Assembly: GCF_963921235.1 (NCBI RefSeq) | Contig: NC_086108.1 | Coordinates: 38,442,001-38,506,000, forward strand | Source: Mobula hypostoma | Lineage: Eukaryota | DNA: 64,000 bases | Direction of reading: 5' to 3' | Part shown: in pieces, positions 13,711-27,294 of the stretch | Position numbering within the stretch: the first letter of the stretch is position 1 | Layout: each line of letters begins with the position of its first letter | Position numbers and translations under genes: made by a program | The notes under the pieces: model-generated | The model's input: the letters and a program-made list of their open reading frames with translations, nothing else | What the model was told of the DNA's origin: nothing | The model's database searches: none

Positions 13711-15989
13711 GAATTCAAGTTAAAGTTTAATTATCATTCAACCATACATAAATACCCATGAATACACCCAAATGAAACAACACCAGGCAAGCTCGCTACA
13801 ACATTCCTAGTCCTCGCTAAAACTGAGGACATGAAGTTCCCTGCCGTCAGTTTCGCCAATAAATGAGGGAATGTTCTTGCAGCATTTTACATTATCAATG
13901 TCCAAGAGGCTCTTGTGATCGTAAGGAAAATATCCAGGACAATAACTCAACATTAGACTGTGGACCACCTTCACACACCCACTCTGATGCCTTCCTGTAG
14001 CAAGCGGTAACATGGTCCACACTAAGTACAGCCACTCTAGTTATTCTGCCAACGAGCAGCCCAGTGTACCTGAAGTTCTTAATGTCCAGCATTGTCCTGC
14101 AATTTATAAAAAGGACAAAACCTCCTTTGTTTGGCCCCTGACAGGCCACTGCATCCCAATGCACCGCCATCTTACCAGATGATGGAGGTACAAGTGGAAT
14201 ATGCCTTTTATAATTATATATGGAATATTCATTTTATAAGTATTACAATGTGGCAGCTCTACAACTGTGCTAATATGCTGAGGCCAGCAACAGTGGCAAA
14301 AACTGTCTTCCCACAGAATTTGTAGCCTTGTGGCGTGGCATAGCATACCCTTCAACCCACTGTCTTGGTTTCAATCAAGCCAGGGAAGCAAGCCCAGTGT
14401 GTCAAATCCATGCCTGAAGCAAATACAGACATACCTCGATGGGAGCTACCACACCAGACAGAGCTGAAAAAGACAACCACATGCATTTTAAGTATCAGAA
14501 TCATGATGGTAAAGACAGATCAATGCTGGATCAGAATTCTTTATTTCTCCCACATCCGCTCATGAGTGATGGCAGAGAATTAACCAACCAATAAGAGATA
14601 GAGGTGGCTCCATGACATATCTTAACTCTCAGTTATGGCACACTCAACATCTTAGTGAAACTAACACAGATAAAACATTTGCAATCATCCTCAAGATTTA
14701 ACAGGCTCCATCTCCCTCCTTGAAATGATGCCCGCCTTCAATTTGATTACCTCTATACATTTTCAATGAGCAGTTGCCTGAGCCAGTCACGGCATTCACA
14801 GTGGGTTCCAACATCATTCCAGATCAAGACTGAAAATGCGCTCACTGGATCTGGCAACACCTTTAGCCAAGCTTTTCGACAACAGCTACCTGCTATAAAT
14901 GACCTACTGAGGAAATCAGAAAGTTGGCCAAGATTTCGGAAAAAGCAGAATAAACCCAATTGTCACCTGCGGCTGCCCTGAACCAGGATAGATTGGGTTC
15001 ACGGTTTCCTCTAAGATGCCCAGGTGCGCAGCCGCACAGTAACTGAAATGGGGCCCCACACATAGCTTTTGTTGCTGCACAGCTGGAATTTTCTTTTACA
15101 TGATGTTAAAAAAAAGAGGGAGCATTGATCAGGTTGTAGCCAAAACCATAAAACAGTTTTTACTCACTAGGTTCACTCTGACTTCTGCTAAAAAAGAACT
15201 TCAACTTCACACCTCATTACAGCTTTTGCCAATGCTTGGATCAAGAAGTTGAATTCAAAAGGTGAGGTGACAATGAATGTCATCTATCATCACAGCAGCC
15301 TTTCACAGTGTGTGATGTCAAGGAGCCTTCATGAAACTGAAATATCAAAGGAAAACTCTCTACCAACTGGAATGAATAGCAGAATTTTTTTTAAATGTCC
15401 ACTGGAGGTTAATAATTCACACCTTGGAACATCACTGTAAGAATTCTTCAAGTGCTGTGTCCTGAACCTAACTCAATTCAGCTGCTATTTTCTTATTATT
15501 ATTTATTCTTTTTTTTTTACAATGTGCGTGTTCCTGGCAAGGGCAGTATGTCTTACCCACCTTAATTGTCCTTAAAAGATAGTCATGAGCCATATTTTAT
15601 GTCACAGCTGTTTTCCTGGTGAAGGCACTGTTGCACAAAAAGTTCTAGGATATAGGTCCAGATTGCAATGAAGTATCAGGAAGATATTTTTCTATTGTCT
15701 TCGACTTGAAGGGAATATGCAAGTGGTGGAGTTGCTACGCATTATGTCGTTGTCCTCCATGCAGAGGGAGAATTTGGATTGGGATTTGGAAGGTGTTAAT
15801 TCGAGTAGTTTAGGCAAATAATTGCAGAATACACTCAGTAGCCACTTTGTTATGTACTGGAGAACCAAATTAATCTATCAACCAGTTGTTGATTAACAAA
15901 CAGTACATCACCGGGGCAACCTAGGCCTTGTTAAATATGATCCCATTATCTGATTCATTCTTCCCCCAGCTGTTCTGAGAAAATAAAAC

Positions 15990-16095
15990 TTGTTTTCTCA
16001 ATTTTTCAGTTCTGATGAAGGGTCTTCAGCCCACAACATCAACTCTTTCTCCTTTCAAAGACACGCTGATCTGCTGAACACTTGCAGCATTACAT
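15990..16095 (+). mobile_element. Degenerate Penelope-terminus fragment
   Basis: cagttctgatgaagggtcttcagccc...ctgctgaacacttgcagcatt. Confidence 0.55.
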
Positions 16096-16274
16096 TGCAC
16101 ATGTTCAATATGTAAACTTTTAATTTACTATTTATTATCCTGTTTGAATGATAGCAAAGATTTATTGCATTTGGCCATGAACTCACCCTCCCCATAGACC
16201 CTTCATTAAATAAAACTGGGTCTTCATTTGAACATCAGTTGACAAACTGCTTTTTAACATTTTTAACTGCTTTT

Positions 16275-17090
16275 TGGATATGCTAACTAGTGGAATGGTG
16301 TTGCAGCAACACCTTACACTCAACGTCAGTAAGATAAAAGAGCTGGTTGTGGACTTCAGGAAGGGCAAGCCGAAGGAACACATACCAATCCTCATTGAGG
16401 GATCAGAAGTGGAGAGAGTGAGCAGCTTCAAGTTCCTGGGTGTCAAGATCTCTGAGGACCTAACCTGATCCCAACATATCGATGCAGTTATAAAGCAGGC
16501 AAGACCGCATCTATACTTCATTAGGAGTTTGAAGAGATTTGGTATGACAACAAATACACTCAAAAACTTCTAAAGATGTACCATGGAGAGTGTTCTGACA
16601 GGCTGCATCACTGTCTGGTATGAGGGGGCTACTGCACAGGACCGAAAGAAGCTGCAGAGGGTTGTAAATTTAGTCAGCTCCATCTTCGGTACTAGCCTAC
16701 CATGTACCCAGGACATCTTCAAGGTGCAGTGTCTCAGGAAGGCAGCGTCCATTATTAAGGACTTCCAACACCCAGGGCATGCCCTTTTCTCACTGTTACC
16801 ATCAGGTAGGAGATACAGAAGCCTGAAGGCACACACTCAACGATTCAGGAACAGCTACTTCCCCTCTGCCATCCGATTCCTAAATAGACATTGAACCCGT
16901 GAACACCACCTCACTTTTTTTAATATATATTATTTCTGTATTTGCACGATTTTTAACCTATTCCATACACTTATACTGTAATTGATTTACTTATTTATTT
17001 ATTATTATTTTTTCTTCTTCTTCTTCTATATTATGTACTGCATTGAACAAGTTTCGTGACACATGCCGGAGGTAATAAACCTGATTCTGA
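16275..17090 (+). mobile_element. Rex1/Babar-type LINE, 5'-truncated 3' end
   Basis: LNVSKIKELVVDFRK...ERVSSFKFLGV; ESVLTGCITVWY...SGRRYRSLKAHTQRFRNSYFPSAIRFLN; 3' end aataaacctgattctga. Confidence 0.85.
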
Positions 17091-17571
17091 GATAGAGAAA
17101 ACCACCCTATCCTAGATAATCCTGCTAATGTGCAATGAGAATGGAGTATACCTTCATTACAGTAATACAGCATAGCACATCACAGTGAAGATAAAGTAAG
17201 GGACCCTCACTATAGCATGCTGAGCAAGCCTGAGCGGGGCAACCTTGGAAAGGATATGTTCAAGGTATTATATCCAAGCTGCCAATCCAAGAACCTAGAG
17301 TGAACCTTGGATTCAACAGATCGATGTGCTTGTGCTGACTTATGCTCCGTATCCAAGAAGGAGTTGAACTTCTTTGAATGTAACAGCACATTGCAAACAA
17401 CATTGCAACAGATGTCAGCTATCACCTTAACTGTACTGCAGACCAAGATCAACGGTAGCAATGCATTTTATCCCCATAGTGTTAGCTTATGGCAATCTCC
17501 ACTTGCAAAAAGTACCAGACATTTTCTGTCTCTGAATATTGTGCATTGCTTTTTGGGCAATAGTGATTATA

Positions 17572-19110
17572 CAGTAATATAAAAAGTAATCCACCCCCTT
17601 GGAAGTTTTCATGTTTTATTGTTTTACAACATTGAATCACAGCGGATATAATTTGGCTTTTTTTGAGACTGATCAACAGAAAAAGACTCTGTCAGCATGA
17701 AAACAGGTCTCTACAAAGTGATCTAAGTTAATTACAAATATAAAACACAAAATAATTAATTGCATAAATATTCACCCTCTTTAATATGATACACCAAATC
17801 ATCAGCCAACTGGTTTTTAGAAGTCACATAATTAGTTAAATGAAGATCTGTTTTTGGAGACCTGTGTGCAGTCAAGGTGTTTCAATTGACTGTAGTAAAA
17901 ATACACCTGTATCTGGAAGGTCCAACTGCTGGTGCGTCAGTATCCTGGCAAAAACTACACTATGAAGACAAAAGAACACTCCAAGCAACTCCACAAAAAG
18001 ATTTTTAAGAAGCACAAGTGAGGAGATGGATACAAGAAGATGTCCAAGTCACTGAGTATACCTTGATTTACAGTTAAGTCAATTATCAAGAAATGGAAAG
18101 AATATGGAACAGCTGTAAACCTGCCTACATCAGCCTGTCCTCAAAAACTGAGTGACTGTGCAAGAAGGGGACTAGCTAGGGAGGCCACCAGGAGATTTTA
18201 TAAGCTTTGGTGGCTGAGATGGGAGAGCCTGAACATACAATAACTGTTGCATGGGTGCTTCACCAGTCACAGCTTTATGGGACAGTGGCAAGGAGAAAGC
18301 CACTGTTGAAATAAACTCATATGAAATCTTGAGTAGAGTTTGCTAGAAGGCATGTGGGAGACTCTGAAGTCCGCTGGAAGAAGATTCAATGATCTGATGA
18401 AACCAAAATTGAGCTTTTTGGCCATCAGACTAAACCAAGCACCACGCATCATCAAAAAATACAACTTCATCATCCCTACCATGAAGCATGGTGGGGCTAC
18501 ATTATATTGTGGGGATGCTTCACTGAAATAGGTCCTGGAAGGCTTGTGAAGGTAGAGAGTAAAATGAATGCAGCAAAATACAGGGAAATCCTGGAGGATA
18601 ACCTGATGCAGTCTGCAAGAAAACTGACTTTGGAGAAGATTTGTTTTCCAACAAGGCAATGATCCCAAGCATAAAACTAAAGCTGCACAGAAGTGGCTTA
18701 AAAACAACAAAGTTAATGTCCAGAAATAGCCAAGTCAGAGTCCAGACCGCAATGTAATTGAGAATTTGTGACTGGACTTGAAAAGGAGCTGTTCATTCAT
18801 GATCCCTATGCAATCTGACGGAGCTTGAGCAGTTTTGTAAAGAAGAATTGGGAAAAGTTGCAATGTCCAGGTGTGCAACGCTGACATCGAGACCTATCCA
18901 CACAGACCCAAGGTTGTAATTGCTGCTAAAGGTGTATCTACTAAATTGTGACTTAAAGGGGGTGAATACTTATAAAACACAAAATAATTGATTGCATATT
19001 TGTAATTAATTTAGATCACTTTGTAGAGATTTGTTTTCACTTTGACACGAATGATTCATTTCTGTTGATCAGTCTCAAAAAGGTCAAATTAAATCCACTG
19101 TGATTCAATG
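17572..19110 (+). mobile_element. Tc1/mariner (IR/DR-type, Passport-like) DNA transposon, decayed; right TIR truncated
   Basis: TA|CAGT start and ~200-bp inverted repeats (17572-17780 vs 18955-19110). Transposase remnant from ATG 17962: MKTKEHSKQL...SIIKKWKEYGT, SDETKIELFG, PTMKHGG, FQQGNDPKH, SQSPD...IENL, ending about 18950; stops and frameshifts. Confidence 0.9.
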
Positions 19111-21314
19111 AATCCCTTTTTCTCTGTCACCTCTGGGAAGTTAGCCTAGCCTTTGGCCCTGTCTTGTTTCTGGCTCTGCAGCAAATCCGCCAATGTCCTG
19201 ACTGCAATCGATAATGACCTAAAGTCTACAAACTTGTTGCAGCTCCAAAGTGCTACATACCCAATCCTACTGACCTCACTTCTAGTAAGGAGCTTGCAAT
19301 AAATTATTGTCAATCCCTTTACACAAGTGCAGAATTTCTTCCTATTATTCATGGCCCATACTGTATGCTACAACCATGTGAAATAATTTGCCAGATCAGT
19401 TGTCATATCACTCTTCCATGATGGTTGTCAACACTCCAACGTGCTTTGCCTCTTTCAGATGTGTATGTATAATGTGCACAAAAGAGCTTGACCTGATCTT
19501 TCAAAGTACCTATCATGATCAGAAATCAAAACAGCAAACTTACTGTAGAGCTCAAGTGTGAAAAGACTGAATTTTGGATCATTATGCCCTTTGATAATCT
19601 CTATCATAGCATTTAATTGTATACTGCATAAAATTATTTTATTTTGTACAATGATGTCACTTCCATGATCAGCAAGAAGTCTGTGTGTTGCGAGATCACG
19701 TATTACAAGTTGTATTAATGGAACAACTGCATTTAACCCCTGCAAATGTGCATACATTTTGAAGAATCAAGTAACTTTGAAAAGCAAGCAACATATTATT
19801 ATGCTCACAAATTATTGGAGCTTGAGGAACTTACATGTCAAGAACATTCCTTATGTATAAAATAGTGTTCTATCCCTAAACTGTTACATATAGTTTTGCA
19901 ACTTCTTCTGTGGCTAACAAACGTCTTTAAAAAAATGCAACTATTTATTAAAAAAATCACCATTCATCCAAAAAAAAGTGGAGTTATAAAGTCAGATTCA
20001 ACACCAGTCAAAAGATTTTGGGATCTGAAAACCCATAACATTAATACTATTACAAGCAATTAATAAACACTTAACATCAACATTTTCCATCCATTCCTCT
20101 GTCAATACATCTGTTAACTTATCATATGAAAATGATACTTTCCCACATGGATGTTTTGCATTAGCACTGATGGCAGGAGGATGCAGTTAAACACAGCATC
20201 TTCGTTTGTCCCATTGTAAATTTCTAGCCTACTCACAGGCATTAATCTTCATAACAAAACAAACTGTAATTGTTAATATGATGTTAAAAGTCGGCACTGA
20301 CTGCTGGTTGCCTGGTCCAGCTCAGTTGTGCCCAATCTTCAAAGACACGACCCAGAAAAATATGCTTGATCTCGAATTCTTTTCTTCAAATCAGCAGGTC
20401 ATTAACTGGACTTTCCCGTTCTTATAAATCTTTAAATCACTACATATCAATATAACTCAAGCCATCAGGTGCGTCAATTCTCAACACGCCCGATTACGTC
20501 GAGAGTTTCATTTGGTTTCTCCCCTCCTGTTGAAACAATTCTCCAAAGGAGAATAACATTAACTTTGCAAATGATAACCAGGCTTTGCTATGTCAATAAA
20601 TAAACGTTTGGTTTAAAAATGAGTTAGTGCATAGTATTAAGAAACTGAAGTAGCATGGTCAGAGATTTTCTAGTCAATAGAAACCGTTAACGCAATTATA
20701 AAAACGTCTCCAAATAATTTGTTTTCATAGCTGTAAGGCAAATATGCAGCTTTCAGTTTACATTTCGAATAAAACTTGACAGATAAAAATGTGTTAAATA
20801 TTTTCCTTATTAGCAAATAAACCTTGTGTGCTGCTTGATGGCTTTGGAATTAAAACGCTGATGCAGATACAAGTGTTATTTGGATCAGATCCTTGTAGTT
20901 GCCGCGTTGTGAATTTCGGAACGCAAAATTTCCAATGTTATTGTACCACTGAACAGGCATTCATGGTTTCCATAATTTTCGACTGCTTTAATAGAGAACA
21001 CTTCTAATACACGAGTAACTCCTTCCACTAACCAAATAAACAGGCGGTGAGGTGGGATCACTCTAAACATCGGGGTAATAATTATATTAGTAAACCATAA
21101 CATGCCTATGAACGCTTTTTTTGTACATCGGTGTTCTTGGTATTTGCATCCTGAACTGTACATGCATGATGTTGTTCTAAAAGAGCATTTCAGCCGAGCA
21201 AACTTTCCACTGCGTGTAACAAGTTGCATCTTTATTAAAATTGCACATCTTCTCCAACATCTAAGACAGCCAGCACTTAACGCCTATTAAGAGAGAAATC
21301 GGTAATTAGACCTA

Positions 21315-21452
<138 letters not shown>

Positions 21453-21559
21453 TTAAATGTATGTACTTTTAGTCCGTCCAGTGTGCAGTCTCAATGAAGT
21501 CAAAGGATGGGACTATCACCACACAAGAAAAATACAGCCCCTCCACGCAAAGGGTTCGT

Positions 21560-21955
21560 TTTGCTCGGTAGTGGGAGCCTCGCATGCAGGCGGGGGTGAG
21601 CTGCTACTCTCTCCTGCCCTTCAAGCTGATGGGAATGCGCCGAACGCGCGCGGCAACAGCCAGCGACCCCGGAGCGATCCAGGAATGGAACGCTGCCCGG
21701 AGCGCGCGCGCGCCAGCTGCTGAAGAGCTAGCTCACACCTGTGCCCACAGAGCGCGTGGCCGCCGCTGCCGGAATCACGGGGCTTGTCTCCCTGGAGAAG
21801 GAAAATCCCTCCCTCGGGCTGTTTACTGATTGGCCTCGTGCGCGCGCGTTCCCAGACAAATTGCCTAGGGAACATCCTTTCATAAGGAGTCGTGTGATTT
21901 ATTATCCCTCACCTCGCAGCCACCCAGCGTCCAACAGGGCGCACGAAAGCAACGT
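21560..21955 (-). promoter_or_regulatory. CpG island / putative KCNT2 promoter and 5'UTR
   Basis: Only CpG-dense non-repeat tract in the window, with several GCGCGC runs, directly upstream of the KCNT2 ATG. CCAAT box on the minus strand (gattgg 21828-21833) next to a forkhead-type TGTTTAC (21820-21826). Confidence 0.75.
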
Positions 21956-21965
21956 CTCTCTCTCT

Positions 21966-22006
<41 letters not shown>

Positions 22007-22010
22007 TCAC
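21955..22010. repeat. (CT)n-(CA)n microsatellite
   Basis: Direct reading: tctctctctctc followed by about 17 CA units. Confidence 0.95.
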
Positions 22011-24208
22011 GACAAGAGGGTTTCCCTCTTCGCTGTCTGGCGTGGGAAATACCTTCCTAAAGACGACAGTGTAGTATGGCAAGTTTTAATATGCATTAAA
22101 ATATCGGAAGGCTTAGCAGTAAAAATCATATTTTTGAAAGCAAATCTTAGAATATGGAAACCAATTATTGCCCATCCATTATTACCCTTAAGGAAGTGGT
22201 GGGGGTGGGGGGGGGGCTGATGCAGCGTCACCGAAGCTGCCTATGATAAATGAGTCCAAGTGCTCAGAAGAAGTAACTGAAGGTATTTACAAATACTTGC
22301 AACTTTAGACGGTGGCAGCCTTGGGTTTGGTTGGCATTGCTGATGATGGGTTGCTGCAGAAGCACTCATCTTGTAATTAAGCATAACTTAGCCAAGGTAA
22401 GCTGTTGATGAATATTTAACAATAATTGGTCTTTATGTAATTACATATTTCAATGACTGTACTAGCTTCATTGGTAGTTTAGCAAACAATATTTGGCCCT
22501 AAATCACCTATGGAGATTTTGGGGAGTACAGTAAATCAAAAATCTTGGTCAAGCACATAAGCTTTGAAAAGTACCTTCAAATAAAGAAATGGGGAAATGG
22601 GCAGATTCTTGGGGAAAGTCCAAAGGTTAGCACTGTGGCAGCTGAATGTATATTGACCAGCTGTGATATACATGGGGCAAGAATTGGATGAGTGCAGTGA
22701 TGTCAAGGGGTTGCTGGAATGGAGAAAGTTGCAGAGGTAAGAAAGGTGGCAATGGAAAGAGCAGTACGTTTAAGATTGAGTTATTGTCAAGCCAGGAATC
22801 CATGCAGGATAGCAAGCACACAGGAAGCAGAGGAAGCAGAATTGATATGAAATGCAATGGCAGAGATTTTGATTATATTGATTATAAGCAGTGGAATGAG
22901 GAAAACATTGAGGGACAGAAAGCAGTTATTGATTGACTAGGATTACTTAGTTAAAATGGAAGCAGATGAGTAAAAGATCACAGTACTATGATGGGGAGGA
23001 GATATTATCTGAAGCCATTGTGGTTGGTTTCAAGTTCCCAGATGTCATCATCTCAGAGGATATATCCCAGGACCATTATAATGATTCAATCGTGAAAAGG
23101 GCATATCAGTAGCTATACTTTAAAAGGATTTTGAAGATATTTGGTATGTCACCATAAATGTTCCCATAGTGACTGCATGTTTCTTCCAGGTGCTTCAATT
23201 TCTTCTCACGTTACAAAGGCAAACAGGTTATTAGTTCAATTAGACACCATAAGTTGCCCGTGGTGTGTGGGTGGATGTTTTTGGAAGTGAAGCAAGTAAA
23301 ATATTTATTTTGCAGTTGTATAAATGGATTCTTCATTGCTGTTTCGGTCACAATTTTTTTGACCAGTTAAGTTTTTTAGCCCTGAGCTGAACCCTGGAAC
23401 CAGGTGCGCCAGTGGACCATTCTTAGTTTGGCCTCTACCTTTTGACCTGTTTGGCATTGGTGGCCATACGAAGCATCGAAGCCCAAGGCCCTGACTGCAG
23501 CCTACATAGCTCTCTGGGTCATTGAAACACGTAAGCCTCCAAACCCTACGACAAGGTTGTGGTCCTCTTGGAGGTGTAAATGAATGCTTGATGGTGTTTT
23601 GCAGATTCAGTGGGCCATCAGGCCTTTATCCTTGCTGCAGGATTCTATGACTTTGGAGAAGCATTATATATAAAATAAATACAAATTGTAAGGAATATTT
23701 TGTTGGAAGAAAAAGGGGTGGAGAATGAATGTATTAAAATATTGAGAAAAAGGAACACAATGGGTTTAGTATAAATGTGTGATTAATGATTGGCATAGAC
23801 TTGGTATGCAGCAGGGATTCTTTCCATACTGTATCTTTCTGTCACGCAATGACCTTCCAATATTTGTTATACATGTAGTATTTGTGTCACTGAGAAGGAC
23901 AGCTTTGGAATCGGGCATCAATATGATTCAGAAGTTAATAGTGACAGCCAATTCAGTGAACATAATTTCCTTCGTGATATCAAGCAAGATTTAAAAATGC
24001 ACAAAGATGCATTTGGATTAGACATAGTTTAGAGACTGGAACAGAGTGTTCAGAAAGAAGTGTTATGGCTACATGGAATGCCTGCCTGCACGCTGCAAAA
24101 TTTAACCATTGTTATTGAAACATAAAGTACAAACGTGGATTCAGTTTCCAATCTCCAAGAGTGCAGGTTGTTTAGCATGGGGCTAAAATGCAGAGCATTG
24201 ATCTAGAG

Positions 24209-24288
24209 CGGAGGTTTCCAACTTCAGGTCCACGGACACCCTGCTTAATGGTACTGGTCCGTGGCGTAAAAACGGTTGGGAACCCCTG
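24209..24288. mobile_element. hAT-type MITE (same family as 299-372)
   Basis: TIRs CGGAGGTTTCCAAC / GGTTGGGAACCCCTG; 8-bp TSD-like atctagag / agttagag. Confidence 0.8.
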
Positions 24289-25189
24289 AGTTAGAGCTCA
24301 CTCAGTGCAACTGTTGACTATCAGCAACCTACAAACAATCTTAAAGATGCAATCATTTTCAGTATGCTATTGCAAATTGAATTAAGTATGTATCTAAGAC
24401 AACTGCATCTTTCTGTGGATAATACCTGCTGTTTATGTTCCAGCTTGTATCGCATACCTGGAACATTAATGATCTTTTTTTTAGCTTGCATGTATATTTT
24501 ATTTTGAAGATCTTTTTTGCCACACTTGAAAATGTCAGTGGACGAGCAGTTTTTGGGGAGAGATTTCCATTAATCTCTTGAAGGTGATGTTGCTTCTTCA
24601 AAAATTTATTCTTTTACTGGCACATGAAAAGGGAGCAAAGGTTATGGTAGTTCTTTGATGATAACATAGTGACATTTTGCTTTATGCACAATGATTGACA
24701 AGGAATTGCCCTTCATTGTCTACTTTAGTTCCATTGAACAACTTCATGAACTGGGTAAGAAAGAAAGACCGCAGAAATATAGACACAAACTACAATCTGG
24801 TACAGCCTTTCAGTTCCCTATCTCCTATTTCCTTCATAGTCTTTGTCCCATTTCTATTATATTATGTTCTAAAATTATGTTGAAGAATGGAGGCTGGTGG
24901 ACTAATGGGGGAAGGGGCTGTTACTTCATATCTAACTTCTCCTCACTATGTGAAATGTTGTGTAATATATTCTACTTTGCCTTCAAACATCAAGTGGTGG
25001 GGGAAAAAATGGTGCTTGTTTCAGAACCATGCATTATCACTGGGAACCTAAATAATGGATCAAATATTGTCCAGGGGAACATTGGGCCAAGTTATGTGAC
25101 AAGAAGAAATAACAAAGTATGTCTGGATATAAACAAGAGAAAATTTACAAATGCTGGATATCTGCAGATGATATGTCCGTGTATATTTA

Positions 25190-25485
25190 TTTTTGTTTTA
25201 TTTGGAGATACAGTGCAGAACAGGCTCTTCCAGCCCAATGAGCTGCACCACGCAGTAAGCCACCTATTTAGTCCTAGCCCAATCACAGGACAATTTACAA
25301 TGACCAATAACCTTCCAATAGTCTTTGACTGTGGTAAGAAACTGAAGCACCACGGAGGAAACCCAAGCACTCGTGGGAAAAATGTGCAAATGTTCTTACA
25401 GAGATCGCCACAATTCAACTCTGAGCTCTGATGCCCCAAGCTGTAATAGCATCACACTCACCGCTATGCTACTGTGGCATCCCAT
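25190..25485 (-). mobile_element. tRNA-derived SINE
   Basis: Homologous to 13483-13710 (tttggagatacag...aatttacaatgaccaat...gctgtaatagc...accgcta). Confidence 0.75.
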
Positions 25486-26909
25486 GGTACTCATAATAAC
25501 CACATAAGGTATGAGGTAGTTGTATAATGCATACATTTCAAAATGGCATTCTGCTTTATGAGTGTGAGAATAGTGGTCCTCGCATCTATGTCAGTAAATT
25601 GTATTAGAATGAGGTTTTGATAAAGTATTCTGTCTTTAACCATTCAACAAATTCTTTTAATATTTTCCATTGTTGCAGGCAAATCCAAGAATCAATGTTA
25701 TATGCTGTAATGAACACCATTATCTCCTGCCAGGCAACCTGAACCACTCTGTTCTGTACATGATATCCGTTGATCAGAAAGAGGATCTGTCACTCACAAC
25801 GGCACCAATGATATTCCAAAAGTCCTAGCTGCAAATGTGTGTCTCCATTTGTTGCTGCTACCGTGAAATAGCAAAATTTCAAATAGATACTTGTAAGCTC
25901 CTTGAGAGAAACATTGGGATTGGATACTGTTCGGATGAGATTGGCAACTTGTATAATGGAAGTATCAGAAGCTGAAAGAGTCAGGGCTTCATCACTTTAG
26001 TTCTGCTGAATGCTCTGGAATTACAGGATGAGAAATAAAAAGCTTTCTCATTTGATTATGCTACTACATAATGGCTATTCAAAAATGAGCAACTCCCAGC
26101 TCAATATAACATACAAACATAAGGGCACAATGGGATCCTGTTTGCCCCTTTATTTTTCAAGAGGCTGCAACAAATCTTCTTAAAAGTTTGGCACCATTAT
26201 CTTTATTGGAAGTTAATGGTTGGTTGCCTATCAGAATAATAAGTTGTTCCTACTGCTTGCCCACAATATATTAAGTAGATTCAGAAATCCAACTTGGAAA
26301 AATACTAATCTTGTTACACCTACTGGTTCCAAAGTGTGAAGGAAAAAAATCAGTTTTTTTGTCTACCTTGTAAGGTAATTGCCTGTTCCACAGCCAGTAA
26401 AAAAAAATTCAGTCTCTCTGTTGCAACTCCATGTCTTTCTTCGTGATTTGTGTTTTTCTTCCAAATTTATTGCTGAACCATAATGATAAGGTTTATGTAA
26501 ACTCTGCAGCCAGATGAACAGAGCTTTCATTATTTATATCTCTGAGTGGTAAATTAGCTGATTAAAAAGCATGAAAGGAGTTTTATTACACATGCATTAT
26601 GATTGGTTTCTTTCACAAAATCAACTTCAGGGTAATTATGTCCAGCTATCACATTACTTGGCACCAATTAAAATGCAAGCAAAACATTTAAGTCTTTCCC
26701 AAAAAATGTATTATATAAAGTTGTACTCTCAAAAATCTGATGTTATGTTTGCTTCTTTCTATCTTATATAACGCTGCTGTGTTTAAATGAGAAAGTTGCA
26801 CAGATAAGTGTATGAATTTTGATTAGCTTTTTCTACATAAACTACCTCACATATGCTAACTTACACAGAAAATGATTAAGGCCATGTATGTGCAGAATTA
26901 CCTGCAGAT

Positions 26910-27290
26910 ACTTGAATTAAGTTCAAAGTAAGATTTATTGTCAGAGTACGTACATGTCATCACATACAACCCTGAGATTATTTTTCCTGTGGGCATACTC
27001 AGCATTTCTCTGACAGTAACTGAAACCAAACTGTTCAAATGCAAGTATAAATAAATAGCAAGAAATAATGAAAGCATGATAAAGAGTCCTTAAAGTGAGA
27101 TCATTGGTTGTGGGAACAGAAACAGAATGAGTGAAAGTTATCTTCATTTGTTCAAGAGCCTGATGTTTGAGGGGAGTAACTGTTCCTGCACCTGGTGGTA
27201 TGAGTGCTGAGGCACTTGTAGCTTTGGCCTGATGCTGGCAGCAAGTAAAGAGCATGGCCTGTGTGGTGAGGATCTTCCATGTTGTATGCT
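26910..27290 (-). mobile_element. Rex1-type LINE 3' end
   Basis: DPHHTGHALYLLPASGQSYKCLSTHTTRCRNSY; tail aataaatcttactttgaact. Confidence 0.7.
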
Positions 27291-27294
27291 GCTT

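Noticed and set aside
14131..14325. VQVE peptide resembling the start of KCNT2 exon 2
   Set aside because: Wrong strand, and the similarity stops after four residues.
21457..22220. Several plus-strand ORFs over the CpG island
   Set aside because: Stop-poor GC-rich DNA and a CA repeat (THTHTH) explain them.
24691..25431. 246-aa ORF
   Set aside because: AT-rich, no recognisable domain, runs antisense through a SINE.
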